Positions 44,340-57,806 are shown, counted from the stretch's first letter. The stretch is DNA of 64,000 nucleotides from Hemiscyllium ocellatum (GCF_020745735.1 NC_083402.1:113356213-113420212); one strand, 5' to 3'. Translations and numbers: made by a program. The notes: generated by a model from the sequence alone, not told the origin.

Positions 44340-46955
44340 CAGAGAAATGCAGAGAGCAAATTTACTGGGCAAGGGGGCAGAGGTGTACAATGTATTCATG
44401 ATAAAGAAGAAGGATGTAAAAATCAAGAATGGGAATGGTGATATACTTGAATGCATTTAACATTGTGAGGGAAGAGGTGTTAGCACTTTTTGTGATCCTA
44501 AAATTAGATAAATCTCAAGGTGCAGGTGAAAATTATCTTAGGCTCCTGTGCAGTGCAAGTGAGGAGTTGGCAAGAGGCTCTAACATTAATTTTCAAATCC
44601 TCTTCAACCACAGGAGAGGTGTCAGAAGATTGGAAGACTGCTAATGTTGTATCGTTATTCAAGAAAGGTGGTAAGGATAAAGAGAGAATTACAGGCCAGT
44701 GAGCTGAAAATAAATGCTATTAAAGCTTCTGGCAAAGATGTGCAGGTTAGGTGAATTGGCCATGCTAAGTTGCTCATAATGTTAGGTGCATTAGTCAGAG
44801 GGAAAAGGGGTTTGGCTGGGTTGCTCTTCGGAGGGTCGGTGTGGACTTGTTGGGCTGAAGGGCCTGTTTCCACACTGTAGGGAATCTAATGGAATCTAAT
44901 CTTAAAGAAAAACTTCTGAGAGACAAAACTGTATCCACTTGGAGATTCAAGGATTAATCAAAAATAGTCAGCCTAGCTTTATCGGTGGAGATCATGTCTG
45001 ATTGATTTGCTTTGAGATTTTCAAGGAGGTACCTAGGTATGTTGTTGATGCTTGTGTGATCTGAATGGACTTCACTGAGGCTTCTGACAATGTCTTGTCT
45101 GGGAGATTGGTCAAGAAGGTGGGAGTCCTTCAAACACAGGGAAATTTGGCAAATTGGATTGAAAATTGACTTAGTGACATGAGACAAAGAACGATTGTTG
45201 AAGGCTTTTTCTTTGACTGAAATAAAGGGCAGGTCTTGTCTTGCAAACCTCATTTAGTTTTTTGAGAAGCTGACCAAGCATGTAAATGAGGGTAGGGAAG
45301 TTGATGTGGTGTACATGGCCTTCAGTAAAGCCTTTGATAAGGTTCTGCATATTAGGCTGTTGGAGAAAAAGGAGAGGCTGAGATTGAGAGTGATTTAGCA
45401 GTTTGGATTTGAAACTGGATTTCTGAAAGAAGGCAGTGAGTAGTGGTTGATGAAAAATATTCAGCCTGGCATCTGGTTGCTAGTAGTTTGCCACAAGGGT
45501 CTGTTTTGGGACCACTGCTGTTTGTCATTTCTATAAATGACTTCGATGCAGGTATAGGTGGATGGGTTAGTAAGTTTGCAGATGACACTAAAGTCAGTGG
45601 AGTGATGGACAGTGTGAAAGAATGTTACAGGTTGAGGGGGACTTGGATAAACTGCAGAATTGGGCTGAGAAGTGGCAAATGGAGTTCAATGCAGCTAAAT
45701 GTGAGGTGATTCACTTTGGGAAGAATAACAGGAATTCAGAGTACTGGGTCAATGGAAAGATTCTTGGTAGTTTGGATGTGCAGAGAGATCTTGGAGTCCA
45801 TGTACATAGATCCTTGAAAGTTGACAACCAAGTTGATAATGCTGTTAAGAAGGCATATGGTGTGTTAGGTTTCAGTGGTAAAGGGATTGAGTTCCAGAGC
45901 CGCAATGTCATGCTGGAACACTACAAAATGCTCGTGCGGCTGCACTTGAATTATTGTGTACAGTTCTGGTCGTCCCATTATAGGAAGGACATGGAAGCAT
46001 TGGAAAAGGTGCAGAGGAGATTTACCAGGATGGTGCCTGGTCTGGAGGAAAGGTCTTATGAGAAAAGGCTGAGTGACCTGGGTCTGTTCTCATTGGAAAG
46101 AAGAAGGCTAAGAGGGGATTTGATAGAGACATACAAGATGATCAGAGATTAGATAGGGTAGACAGTGAAAGTCTTTTTTCCTAGGATGATGATGTCAGCT
46201 TGTATGAGGGGCATAACTACAAATTGAGGGGCAATAGATTTAAAACCGATGTCAGAGGCAGATTCTTTATTTAGAAAGTGGTAAGGGTGTGGGACACCCT
46301 GCCTGCCAATGTAATTAACTCACCCACATTAGGGAGATTTAAACAATCCTTGGATAAGCACATGGATGATGATGGGATAGTATAGAGGGATAAGTTAGAT
46401 TAGTTCACAGGTCAGCACAACATCGAGGGCCGAAGGGCCTGTTCTGAACTGTATTGTTCTATGTTCCATGTTCTATAACATCCTGTGTTCAGTGGTGTAC
46501 CACAGTTTACAGTTCTGGGTGCCTTGAATTATGTAGTCTACAATAATGACTTAAACATAAATGTAGGAAGTTTGATTGTTAAGCTTGCCAAATGACATGA
46601 AAATTGCTGATGTGATAAATTTCAAGGAAGAAAGCCTTAGAGTACTGAACAATATAGATGGCTGGTCAGATGTTCAGAACAATGGTAAATGATGTTTCTT
46701 CCTGAAAAGTGAGAGGTGTTTCGTTTTTGGGAGGACTATCAAGGTGAACAAATAAACATTGAAATGTAGGACTCTAGAAGGAACAAAATATTAGAGGGAT
46801 CTTGATGTTCATGTCCATTGATCTTTTAAGGCAACAGGACAAGTAGATAAGAGACTACGAAGGCATATTGGAGATTTACTAGTTAGGCATTGAATACAAG
46901 AGTGGGATTGTTAAGATGGAACTGTATAAAAAAGTAGTTAAGCTACAGCTGGAAT
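44340..46955 (+). mobile_element. Older CR1 fragment hosting a V-SINE 3' half (44733-44900) and a younger CR1 (45222-46476)
   Basis: TGEVSEDWKTANVVSLFKKG before the insertions; agtggtgtaccacag..aagcttgccaaatgac resumes after 46480. Confidence 0.75.
45222..46476 (+). mobile_element. Younger CR1 3' fragment
   Basis: LPQGSVLGPLLFVISINDFD..VSKFADDTK; 176-aa ORF 45622..46152 (WAEKWQMEFNAAKCEVIHFG..LFSLERRRLRGDLIETYK); (ttctatg)n tail. Confidence 0.93.
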
Positions 46956-47259
46956 ACAGATGAAGAGTCATCCAGGCTCTAAATGTTAGCTTACTCTCTC
47001 TCTCCATGGATGCTGCCTGACCCACTGTGATGTCCAGCACTTTTCTTTCAGTACAGCTTCCAACATCTGCAGTAATTTGCTCTGACTGAAATGGACATGA
47101 AGGACACAAAGATTTCTTCCTGTGCAGTAAGACTGTTTGAATCCATGAGAGTGAACAATCTTGACTAAGCTAGCTACTGGAGTTTTTGCCTTGCTCATGT
47201 TTGTCTTTTCCTCACATTGTCTGGGTTAAACCATTGGCAAGTTTGTTACTGTCGAATTA

Positions 47260-47880
47260 GAGTTGGAATTAGCTGCATTGTCACACTTATTCAAATAAGT
47301 GTAAATTAGAAAGTCTACAATTCACAATTTACAGCATCATCACAGGTATAAAGATACCTAGGTACTGATTCCTAAGTGTAAATTCTTAATGGGAAATAAT
47401 ATCAGTAAAAATTAAGAAATAAAAATTCAGCATTTCAGATCATAGGAATAAAGAAATGTAAGGTTCAGAATAACAGTCCTTCCATGTTGGGCCTTGACTC
47501 CAGACCATACTGGGCTTCACCTTGAGGCTCTCAAGGCTGGGAGACCACTCTGGAATCCTCTCAAGGACGGAAATCCATGCTGAAGCCAGGCCGGGCCAAA
47601 CAAACATCAGATCAGGCCACCAAGGGACTGCCATACTGGGCCAAGACACGGCTATGCCAAGCTGAGAGACCCCCTCTCTGGGCCAGAAGACAGACGTGCT
47701 GCCCGAGAGACTGCCACAATGGGCTGAGAGATGACCATGCTGAAGTCGCGAGTTCAGGATATTGCAAGAAGACAGAAGGAAAAACAACACAGATGAGGAA
47801 AAAAAAATAGGAATAAGAATGAAAGAGAGAAAGAATGAGCACGAGCTGAGGAATCCTATTCTACTGCCATCTTGGATCTG
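47260..47880 (-). mobile_element. Unclassified non-coding interspersed repeat (second partial copy at 55733-56010)
   Basis: Shared ccatactgggc..tcaccttgagg.tc..aggctg and AT-rich tail with 55733-56010; the minus strand begins CCAAGATGGC. Confidence 0.5.
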
Positions 47881-48619
47881 AATAAGTGCAAAATAGGTTA
47901 TTGTACTGAGGCCTTCAAGACCCACAACAGATGGTATCAAATTGTCTGGACTCAGTGTTGCTAAAAGTTATATTGTTCCATATGTATCAATTAGCTTCAC
48001 TTGCTTTTTCTAAATGATAAGCAATTCCTTAAACCTTCTCCCCTTTTAAAAGCCAGGTCCATTTTCCAAATTTTCAGTTCATAATTCAAAAATTAAAAGG
48101 TGTAATCAGAAAACTTAAAACAGAAAAGTTTAGGTTTTTGCTGACTTGAACACTAAAGGCTGGTCTCAGGGGTCTCCACTTGTCTTACTTATTCATACTG
48201 ACCAGATACTGTACTCAATCAAGGTATAATCTGATCCGAAATCTACACTGATGAATGCTTATTAGCTATATAGTTTAACATAGCTTTGCTGATCATTGCA
48301 GTACAGCAACCAGTCTATGAAAACCTCTTGCTTCCAATTTCATCCTTAGTTATTTTAAAACCATTCTTGGAGAACGTACATGTTTAAAATGTTTGTTCCT
48401 AATTGCAATACTTTGCACTTATTCATTTTGATTTTGCCTGCTGTTCAATTGACGTAGGTGTTTTGTATTTTCTGTTTTGAAATCTATTTTGTATTTTCTA
48501 AACTGCCTCCAAGAACAACATCTCGCATTTCTATGAAAAAATGCCCAGAGTGTTTCATAAAGAAGTGCAAGGACATTGGATGCAAAACAAGGAAGACAAA
48601 TTAGGAGGAATGACTAAAA

Positions 48620-49260
48620 GTTGGAGAGAAATGCAGTTTCTCATTATAACATGAGGAATTTGGAATTTGGATATCACCTGCCGATGTGTTTCCATGCCAG
48701 CATTCCTGTCTCAGGCCTGCTGCAATGTGCCAGCAAATGTCTAGAAACCTTACAGCTCTCAGGACTCAACATTAAGTTGGTCTGATGAAAACAACTCCCC
48801 AATCTCCAGTCTTTCCAAATTAAAATTAAGTCCCTAATTTCAGAACATAACTCCTTCTTCCATGTTCATTACCTGTCCAACACCCATCGATCCTGTTCTG
48901 TATAGGTTGCTCTGAACACAGCCAACCCATTTGCAACTCTTCACAGTTCCTGTGATCCATCTATTCAGCATTAGTTCCGCCTCAGCTTACTATCAGCAAT
49001 TCCTTTGCTTGCTTCCCTTTACTCTTTCTGTCGCCATCTATGTGTCTCATTATTTTCTCCCCACTCCCCCCACAACCTCTCCCAAACCAATCCCTCGTCA
49101 TCTGCATAGATACCACCTTTCCCACCTTCTTCCAGTGCTGAAGAAGGGTCATTGGACTCAAAATATTAACTCTGTTTTTCTAACCACAGGTGCAGACAGA
49201 CTCCTGAGTTTCTCCAGAACTTTCTGTTTAACATCTATAGTCATTTGCTTTATGTTTTGC
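48620..49260 (+). mobile_element. Old Penelope 3' fragment with decayed hammerhead
   Basis: ctctcaggactcaacatt (resembles the QPxGLN end of the ORF); ctgaagaagggtcattggactcaaaatattaactctg terminus. Confidence 0.55.
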
Positions 49261-49737
49261 ATTGGAACTTATAATGCCCTGTGTAGAAAATGTTCCCATT
49301 TTAGCTGAATTGTTAACTTGTCTCTTCTGGTTACTGTGCTGCATTTACCTGTAAACAATACTTACTTATTTAATCTATCAGCACCATTCATTATTTCGAA
49401 CACCTTTATCAAATCTGCCCTTAACATTCCCTGCTCTGCTGAAAACAACCCCAGAACCTCCAGTCTTTCTAAATAATTGAAGTTCCTAATCTCTGGGACC
49501 ATTCTAGTGAGTCACTTCAGAAATTGTTGTTTAGCCCTGACATCCTTTCTAAAGTGTGGTATCCAAAACATGGACACAGCACTTCAGTTGAGGTTGAAAC
49601 TTAATTTCGATAAACATTTAGCATAACCTTGTTGCTTTCATGCTCTATACCCATATTAATAAAGCTAAAGATCCCATATGTATGTGTTAATAGCTTGCTA
49701 AACCTTTCCTGCCACCTTCAAAAACACTGTACATGTA

Positions 49738-49953
49738 CAAAGTTAAAAATCACACACCAGATTTTAGTCCAACAGGTTTATTTGGAAACACTAGCTTTCA
49801 GAGCACTGCTCCTTCATCTGGTGGTTGTCACCTGACGAAGGAGCAATGCACCAAAAGCTAGTGCTTACAAATAAACCTGTTAGACTATAACCTAGTGTTG
49901 TGTGATTTTTAACTTTGTACACCCCAGTCCAATACTGGCATGTCCAAATTATT
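49738..49953. mobile_element. Palindromic mini-element of a second Penelope family with decayed hammerheads
   Basis: ~90-bp inverted arms around ctggtggttgtcacc; ctgacga-aggagc..aaagcta motif; TSD AC(T/C)GTACATGTA at 49726-49737 and 49954-49965. Confidence 0.8.
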
Positions 49954-51591
49954 ACCGTACATGTATTTCTAGATCTCTCTTCTTAAAATTACAGTATTGA
50001 ATCTCTGAAGAGTCACTGGACCTGAGATATTTAGTCTGCTTTCTCTCCATTGATGCTACCAAATCTGCCAAATCTCTCCGGCAAATTCTATTTTTGTACC
50101 ATTGAATCAATAATGTTCCAGCTAATTCTTCTCAGCACTCTATTCACACGAGTCTGTATGGAATTTCATCATCCATATCTCTTTCCATGTTATCAGTTAC
50201 TGTTTTCTTGAATTCTGTTATTATTTTCTCATTGTTTATTATATTTCCATTCTGCATACTTTGTAATTGCATACACAAATCTCGGCTTTTGATATAGTTA
50301 CAAACAGACCCCAGGCAAGGTGCCTGAGTTTTTTTTGACCTCCAGATGGAGTAATCCACATCATTAATCTCCCAGATGAAGAGGAATGAAGTGGCTTTCC
50401 TTGACTATTCACTCACCCCCTCAGTTGTTCACAACAAGGCAAATTTTGAAAAGATCCCTCTCTTATGGATATCTCACCTAACCCAAATGAACTTTTATTT
50501 TAAAAGAAGCAAATTTAACCAGATTTTCATAAATTAGACAGTAACTTCATTAAGTACTAAACATAAGTAGTAATAGTTACACAACACATGAAAGAAAAAA
50601 AAAGAGTCCAAAATGATTACAGTAAAACAAAGTATGGATCAGTTTCTGAATTGTTTATGAAGAATAAATAAGATTTTGATTTGGTAATTATTGAATGGCA
50701 CCAGTAGCATGATGCTGGCAATTGAGTATATTTCAAGATTTTATATTTTGCAGGTTGGCAGAAACTCTCTTGTTCTGATTCCTTTCAACAGTTACTGAAT
50801 TACAGTATTCGGAGTGAGAGTTTCTTTATTTCATCTGTAACACATGGGTGTTTATAATTCTCAATGATGTGGAACCCTCGACATTCCAGGTTGCAAGCTT
50901 ACACGTCCGGCCAATAACATACGCAGACCAATGTTGCAGTCATTTTTTAACCTCTTTTCTTGTATATTCCAGGATGGTAAAACAGAATTGTCTGTAAGAG
51001 GTGGCTTTCTGCTCAGAAGGGATGACAATTGTCAGCCCTGTCCTTACTACTACTTAATAGGTGTCTTCCTATTTGAAGTATCTTTGATACTTCACAGGTA
51101 TGACATTCCATGGACTTCACACAGGACCTTGCTAAGCAGTTAATGAATTTACACCTGTAATTTTTATTTTTCTGTAACAATTCTTTATTGGAATTAAAAG
51201 TAAAAATATCAATAAATACTTTGGGGATCTGATGCATTGTCATAACACTATATCAAAAAGAGCAGTGCCACTTTTTATCACCTTCTAGCATGAATATCAA
51301 CCATTCAATACTACTCTCTTCTCGCTGTCTCCTTTCTAACCTTATATCCATGGTGTTACTATCAGTGTAAACAAATGGGCTTCACTTTTGCTACATTTAC
51401 CTTGTGGAAAATTCAGCACGGGGGGATATTGTTATGAATCAAGCTGGTGGAGCACTTTGTTGCTCTCCTTCCACGACAACATATAATAAAATTATTTGTT
51501 TTCCCAGATACCAAAAAGTCTAATTAAATATGTTATTAATATCATAAAAGCTATCAACCAGATTTTGCATTGATCAAAAATGAGGGTTTAT

Positions 51592-51751
51592 ATCAAAACA
51601 AAATTTTAGTACAGATATATTAACTTGTTACCATAACCAGCTGTAATATAGAGACTTAAATAATTATGCCAATCAAAACAAAATTTTAGTACAGATATAT
51701 TAACTTGTTACCATAACCAGCTGTAATATAGAGACTTAAATAATTATGCCA
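51592..51751. repeat. Perfect 80-bp tandem duplication
   Basis: 51592-51671 is identical to 51672-51751. Confidence 0.95.
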
Positions 51752-51789
51752 ATTATGCCCATGGACATGCACACTTTTCAACTGAATAT

Positions 51790-52088
51790 AGGTGGCGCTA
51801 TTCAGCCACATGGATGGTTAGCTCTGCTGCCTCACAGGTCAAGGATTGGATTTGATCCTCGCCGTGGATGACTGTCTGTGTGGAGTTCGTACATTCTCTC
51901 CATGTGTATGTGTGGGTTTCCTCCAGGCACTACGGTTTCCTCCCATTGTTCAGGGATGGTGGACTGGTCATGTTACATGCAGTGCTACAGGGATAGGGTC
52001 TGGGTCTGGGTGGGACGGACTGCAGAGGCTCGGTGTAGACTAAATGGGCTGACTGGCTTCTTTCAACCTTGTAGGAATTCTGTGATCC
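51790..52088 (+). mobile_element. HE1-like V-SINE, decayed
   Basis: ggttagctctgctgcctcacag..ctgtgtggagttcgtacattctctccatgtgtatgtgtgggtttcctcc. Confidence 0.8.
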
Positions 52089-55000
52089 TAAAAAGAAGAA
52101 AAGTTCTCAGCAGAGATTGTCATTCTTAAAAAAAAACCTGAGCCCATAAGTTATTCTTGAATGCAAAAGGATAAAGTGTCAGATGTTCTGGCACATATAA
52201 TCCAATCAGTAATGGTGCATGGTTGGTTGTCTAAGAGATCTCACAAACACATATTGGTAAGTCAAACAACCTTGAGATTTTTTTTAAAATCACAGTTTCA
52301 AAAGACCAAACATATTTCACCCTCAACTGATGTACAGTATTTTCTTTTCAGAATAGGAGACATCAATTGGGCAACTTGATCTTTGCAAGCTTTCCTCCAG
52401 TTCAGCTTGTCTTTAGCAGGCATTCCTCTAATTCAGCTGGATAAAAGAAGAACCTCTCCAAGTCATCACTATTCAACCATGACCCAAGAGACCCTATAGC
52501 GTAGTTAATAGTTATCATCAGTCATGTGATTTCTGGAAGCTTTCTTAAATAAACTCCAGTATTGACTGTGGACTTTGACTGATCTCTTTTCAAAAAGAAA
52601 GCAGGGCATATTTGTCCATAAAACTTGAAGTTGATTCCTTACCTCACAATCCTTTAGAACTTGAGTCTTCCAAGCAACATTAAATATAAAGTGTGGCAAT
52701 ATTGTTTCAGAGTATATGGTTGGCCATTTAAGTTGGAGATGAAGAAGAGTTCTTTTAAATGTCATAAATGTGTGGAAAGGGCTATCCCAGAGAACTGTGA
52801 AGGCTGAGTCATTGAATATACTCAAGGTGGAGTTATTTAGATTCTTGAAGTATAGGGGAATCTATGGCTGTGGGGAATGGCAGAAAGTGGGATTAAGGCT
52901 GTAACCTTTCTGAATGGTAGAGAAGGCTTGAGGGACAATATGGTCAGCTTCTGTTCATATTGATTGTGATAATTAGCCTGTGTTGCTGTATTTTTAACTG
53001 TTCATTCATAATTTTGTAAAATGTTTCTTAAATTCCAACTACTTTGTACTGTTTGGTGAACTGAATGCAAATAAAAGTAGTTATTGCTTCCATTTTGAGT
53101 CAGAATTGCTCACCATCTGTTCACTGGGTAGTTGCGTCCTTTAGATTCATTACCTGTTTTGGGCAGTTAAGTTACTAAATGACTGCAGCCAAAATGCTCA
53201 GAAAATATCCTTAATTCTTCTGTTCATGTGATATTATTCCACTTAAATCAATTCAGATGGTTGGGGGTGCGGAATATGGGTATCACGTCACCAAAGACTT
53301 TAGTTGTGATGCACAAAAAACCTGTTCATATTTGCATTCCTTGTGCTGTTACTGCTGTCTCATTCAAAAAGTCGAGATTGCCAAGTATTTGTTGTCATTG
53401 CCATCTGGGTCCATTGTTGACATCCTTCGCTTTGCTCGTGTCCTGCTCAAGTGACAGGTGAGATAAGGAGCGTTCCTGTCAGACACGAGTCTTTATTTCT
53501 AATCTCTTTGTCCTTCTATCCTCTATTTTAACATAGCATTCCATTCTAGAATTTCTTAATTTCTTAATGTTGTTAATCTGTTCCTAATTACTTTGTTCAG
53601 TATCAAATTTATCCGAGTCTAAGTATACATTCTATTGAAGGCCTTTTTGTTTAAGACAACAATAAAGTTGATATTATGGGGTGTAGTTTTCAAGCAATAG
53701 TGTTTCTGTGCAAACATTTAATTAATATACACATGATTGCTTGCATTTCTTTTTCTTCTGCAATCAAAACAGGCTGCTGTGTTCTGCAGCACAGGTTTCC
53801 ATTGCAGCCTTTATTTTCTGTATCTTGTAATGTATTCTGGTTACTAAAACAGGAAAGAGAGTCCAGATATCAGGTGGTCCCTCATTAGTTCCCAGGCCAC
53901 TCTGAATTCACAACTACATTGCAATTAAAATAGTAATTCCAGCATGCCCAAGTTGAAGTTGCTTGGTAAACTGATAGGTCTGCATTGAGGTGAAGTGTTC
54001 TTTATTTTAAAAAAGCTATTTTGAAGAGCTGCAATAGGGAAGCATGTTTAAAAAAGAAGCTCTTGATATTTTTGAAAAAATTATTCAAGCATGACATAAA
54101 ATGAAATCCTATTGGGTTACAGTAACAGCATGGATGCACAAGGGCCCCCTGCCAATGTTTGCCTGCTTCTGTTGCACTAGAAAGTTCATTGCTGTAGCAC
54201 TTTGCTGAATTAAATACAAGACAGAAAAGGCAAGGCACATATTGAATCTTATACTTCAGTTGATGTCTTTGGGGTCAGCAGCTGACTCACATCAATCTTA
54301 TGTTTCCAATTATAGGGAGGATTAGAATTGACAATTGTGTAGCAGCAAAATGGAGGAATGCTTACCAAATTCTGATTCTGTCTTAGTGTTGACTTCATTC
54401 AGATTTACTTTACATTTTTTTCCCTGCCTATATTTTGACATCCAGTTGACCTACAGTAATAACCCATAATAATTAATTAAAGGAAGGTGGCATCAGTGGA
54501 AGGCTTACTTTCAACTCTGGGATTGTGATATATTTCGGGGGTGATGATCTGACTATAATCAGTTAGTGAAAGCAATTGAATGTTAAATATGATTACTTTA
54601 AGTCGGATAATTATTTGGTTGTGAAAGTTCTAGTCTTGCAGAGTTAAAATGATAATCAGTGCCTCATTCAGCAAGTCATGGATGTAGTTTTCAAGATACG
54701 ATTTCTGGGCAGCAAGTCCCAGGCATCATCTGCCTCTTCATGGGAAACATGGCTGGTCCACATTAAGAAGCACTGTCACAAGTCAGGAGGAAATAATTAG
54801 AAAGAGAACCTTGTCAGAGTGTTGAACCAAAGCCTCCAGCAACCAGTTACAAATCGGCATTGACAACGGTGTTTGTGCATGTTAACTGGACCATCCCTTA
54901 GCTTGATGATATTTTGTCGCAACAAAGCGTTGAGTGAATGAAGAAGGAAATAAATGTTGAAAGACATGCCCAACCTCTAAGTATTTAATACTATGAATTA

Positions 55001-56389
55001 TACACAAATTTTAACGATTTCTGTTGTTAAACCAATGCAGCAGCCATACTATGCCTTTAAGATCTAAAACAGGAATGCAATAAGAGATAACTGTAAACAT
55101 TCACCATCTGCCTGATTTCTGCTAACTATGATAGAAATAAAAATGAAGAAATATTGACTTTTAATTCTTTCCTACATATCAAAAAAAGATAGGAATCAGA
55201 CAGAGAAACTACTTTCTACTTGTACATGCCTAGGACAAGAAGGCATGACTTTAAAATCAGAGCCTAGCTATGAAGAGTTACTTCTTCAGTCATATAGAAC
55301 TCTTTTTCCCATTCAAAAATATCAACAGATGCTAATTTGATAAATAATTTGAAAACTAAGATTTATAGTGTTGTTTTAGTTAAGGAGATAATCAAATGTC
55401 AGAAAGGCTTTACTGATTTAGTCATGTTTGTTGCCATTTCTGAAGGGATGTGCAGTGGGCTACCAACTTGATATTAGCCAATTTAAAATATTGCACAAAA
55501 TCTAGCACCTGAAATTTGTTATCAAAATAATAAAGGTATTAGTTCTCACTCTATAATTTGACAGCAACTCCTGGAATGTGCACATGCTATAGCAACATGT
55601 AAATGTCATTGTTGGTGATGAACTGCACTTCCACAGGCTTCACTGTCGTAGCCCTCTTCAATGATTTCACGCTGAAATGATTGGAGCAGTGTAAAAGTTG
55701 CTACTCAGTGACTCATTCTCATATTAAGAAAATAGAATTAGCTTTTATTGCCACATATACTCAATGAGTATAGTGAAAAGTTTATGCTTTGCTGCTGAGA
55801 GCACCATCTTAGGTGCAAAGGTATAGCTTCTTTAGTTACGAGATCCAAGAAAATAGAGAAATAAAACGCTCACCCATGCAAAAATAAAAGTTCAGAAAAA
55901 TGATCTTCCAAACCAGACCATGCTGGCACCTAGCTTCCAGTCCACACTGGGCCCTGGCTCCAGATCGTGACGGGTTTCACCTTGAGGATCATGAGGCTGT
56001 GAGTTGAATAGGCTGATATATTCAGGTACAGGTGATTTTTAAATGGAATTCCATATGGTGAACATCACTGAGCAACTTCTCTGACTGTGAGGGGGAGAAG
56101 AATCTTGAAAGATGGCACAATTCCTCCACTGCTAACATTTCTTCCTTCTCCAGTCTGCAGATTTTTGGAGCATAAATCATTGTCAGACAGTGATGCTGTT
56201 TTAATCCAGCTGTTGCCGTATGTTGTAAGTCTTGGGCCCTTTAATTTTTGTTTTTTTTTTAAGGAAAAGAATCTTTTCAAATACAGTCCCTGAAGCTATC
56301 ACAACAATTCTATCACCCCAGGCTGACATGGAGGTATTTTATGAACTGGATATATGTGCACATTTTTCCAAAAATAGAATGCAAAAGTA

Positions 56390-56810
56390 AAAGACTTGCA
56401 TTTATTTGACATATTTCCTGACCATCAGATATCTCACTGTGAAGCAGTCAATGAAGAACTTTCGAGATGTAGTCACTGTCCTGACATAGGAGAGTCAATT
56501 TGTCCATTTCTGACTTCCACGATTAGCAATAAGGATCAGCAAATCTATTCATGTGATCGATGAATATTGGACAGGACATTGACAATAAGTCCCCTGTTTT
56601 AATGTATAACAGTATAAAGAGATGTTTCCCTTCTGTCAGCTGAAGGACAGGCAGTGACTAAATTTAGCATCTCAGCTGAAAGATGACATCTCTGGCAAAG
56701 CAACACTCCCTCATAACTGAACATGTGTTCCCATCTGGGAATGGAATTTGAAATCTCTATCCTGTGACTCAAAAGGCAAGGGTACTAACAAATGAGCCAA
56801 AGTTGACATG
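56390..56810 (-). mobile_element. Deu-domain SINE, decayed
   Basis: aaagacttgcatttat..cagtcaatgaagaactttcgagatgtagtcactgt..catctcagctgaaagatgacatctctggcaaagcaacactccctca..ggaatttgaaatc on +. Confidence 0.7.
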
Positions 56811-56845
56811 ACTTCATCTTTTAAGATTTTGCTATTTAATAATTA

Positions 56846-57806
56846 GTTGAAAAGTGTGGTGCTGGAAAAGCACAGCAGGCCAGGCAGGATCTGAGGAGCG
56901 GGAGAATTGACATTTCAGGCATAAGCCCTTCTTCAGGACTGAGGCTGGTGTGCCAAGCAGGCTGAGATAAAATGTGGAGGGGCGGGGGGGATGAATTTGG
57001 GGGAGGGGCACTGGGAATACAATAGGTGGAAGGAGGTGAGGGGGATGGTGATAGGCCGGAGAGGGGTTGGGGGCAGACAGGTCGAGAAGAAGATTGCAGG
57101 TCAAGAGGGTGGTGCTGAATCTGGGGGTTGGGACTGAGATAAGGTGGGGGGAGGGGAAATGAGGAAGCTGGAGAAATCTGCATTCATTCCTTGTGGTTGG
57201 AGGGTTCCTAAGCGGAAGGTGAGGCACTTTTCCTCCAGGCGTCGTGTTGCCATGGTCTGGCGATGGAGGAGGCCAAGGACCTGCATGTCCTTGGTGGAGT
57301 GGGATGGGAGTTAAAGAGTTCAGCCATGGGACGGTTGGATTGGTTGGTGTGGGTGTCCCAGAGGTGTTCTCTGAAACGTTCTGCCAGTAGGTGGCCTGTC
57401 TCCCCAATGTAGAGGAGGCCACATCGGGTGCAGTGGATGCAGTAAATGATGTGTGTGGAGATGCAGGTGAATTTGTGATGGAAGGGATCCCTTGGGGCCT
57501 TGGAGGGAAGTGAGGGGGGAGGTGTGGGCGCAAGTTCTGCATTTCTTGCGGTTGCAGGGAAAGGTGCCGGGAATGGATGTTGGGTTGGTGGGGGGTGTGG
57601 ACCTGACGAGAGAGTTGCGGAGGGAGTGGTCTTTCCGGAACGCTGTTGGGGAGGGGAGGGAAATATGTCCTTGTCAGATTGGGAAGGGGAGTTAAAGTGT
57701 TTAGCCACGGGGCCGGTTGGGTTGGTTGGTGCGGGTGTCCCAGAGGTGTTCCATGAAATTTTCAGCAAATAGGCGGCCTGTCTCCCCAATGTAAAGGAGA
57801 TTTTTA
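56846..57806 (-). mobile_element. Penelope-like 3' fragment (GIY-YIG) with rearranged 5' end
   Basis: HIIYCIHCTRCGLLYIGETGH; homologous to 23430-24260; TSD TATTTAATAATTA at 56833-56845 and 57807-57819; hammerhead-like CTGAAGA..GAAATGTC near 56905-56940. Confidence 0.92.
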
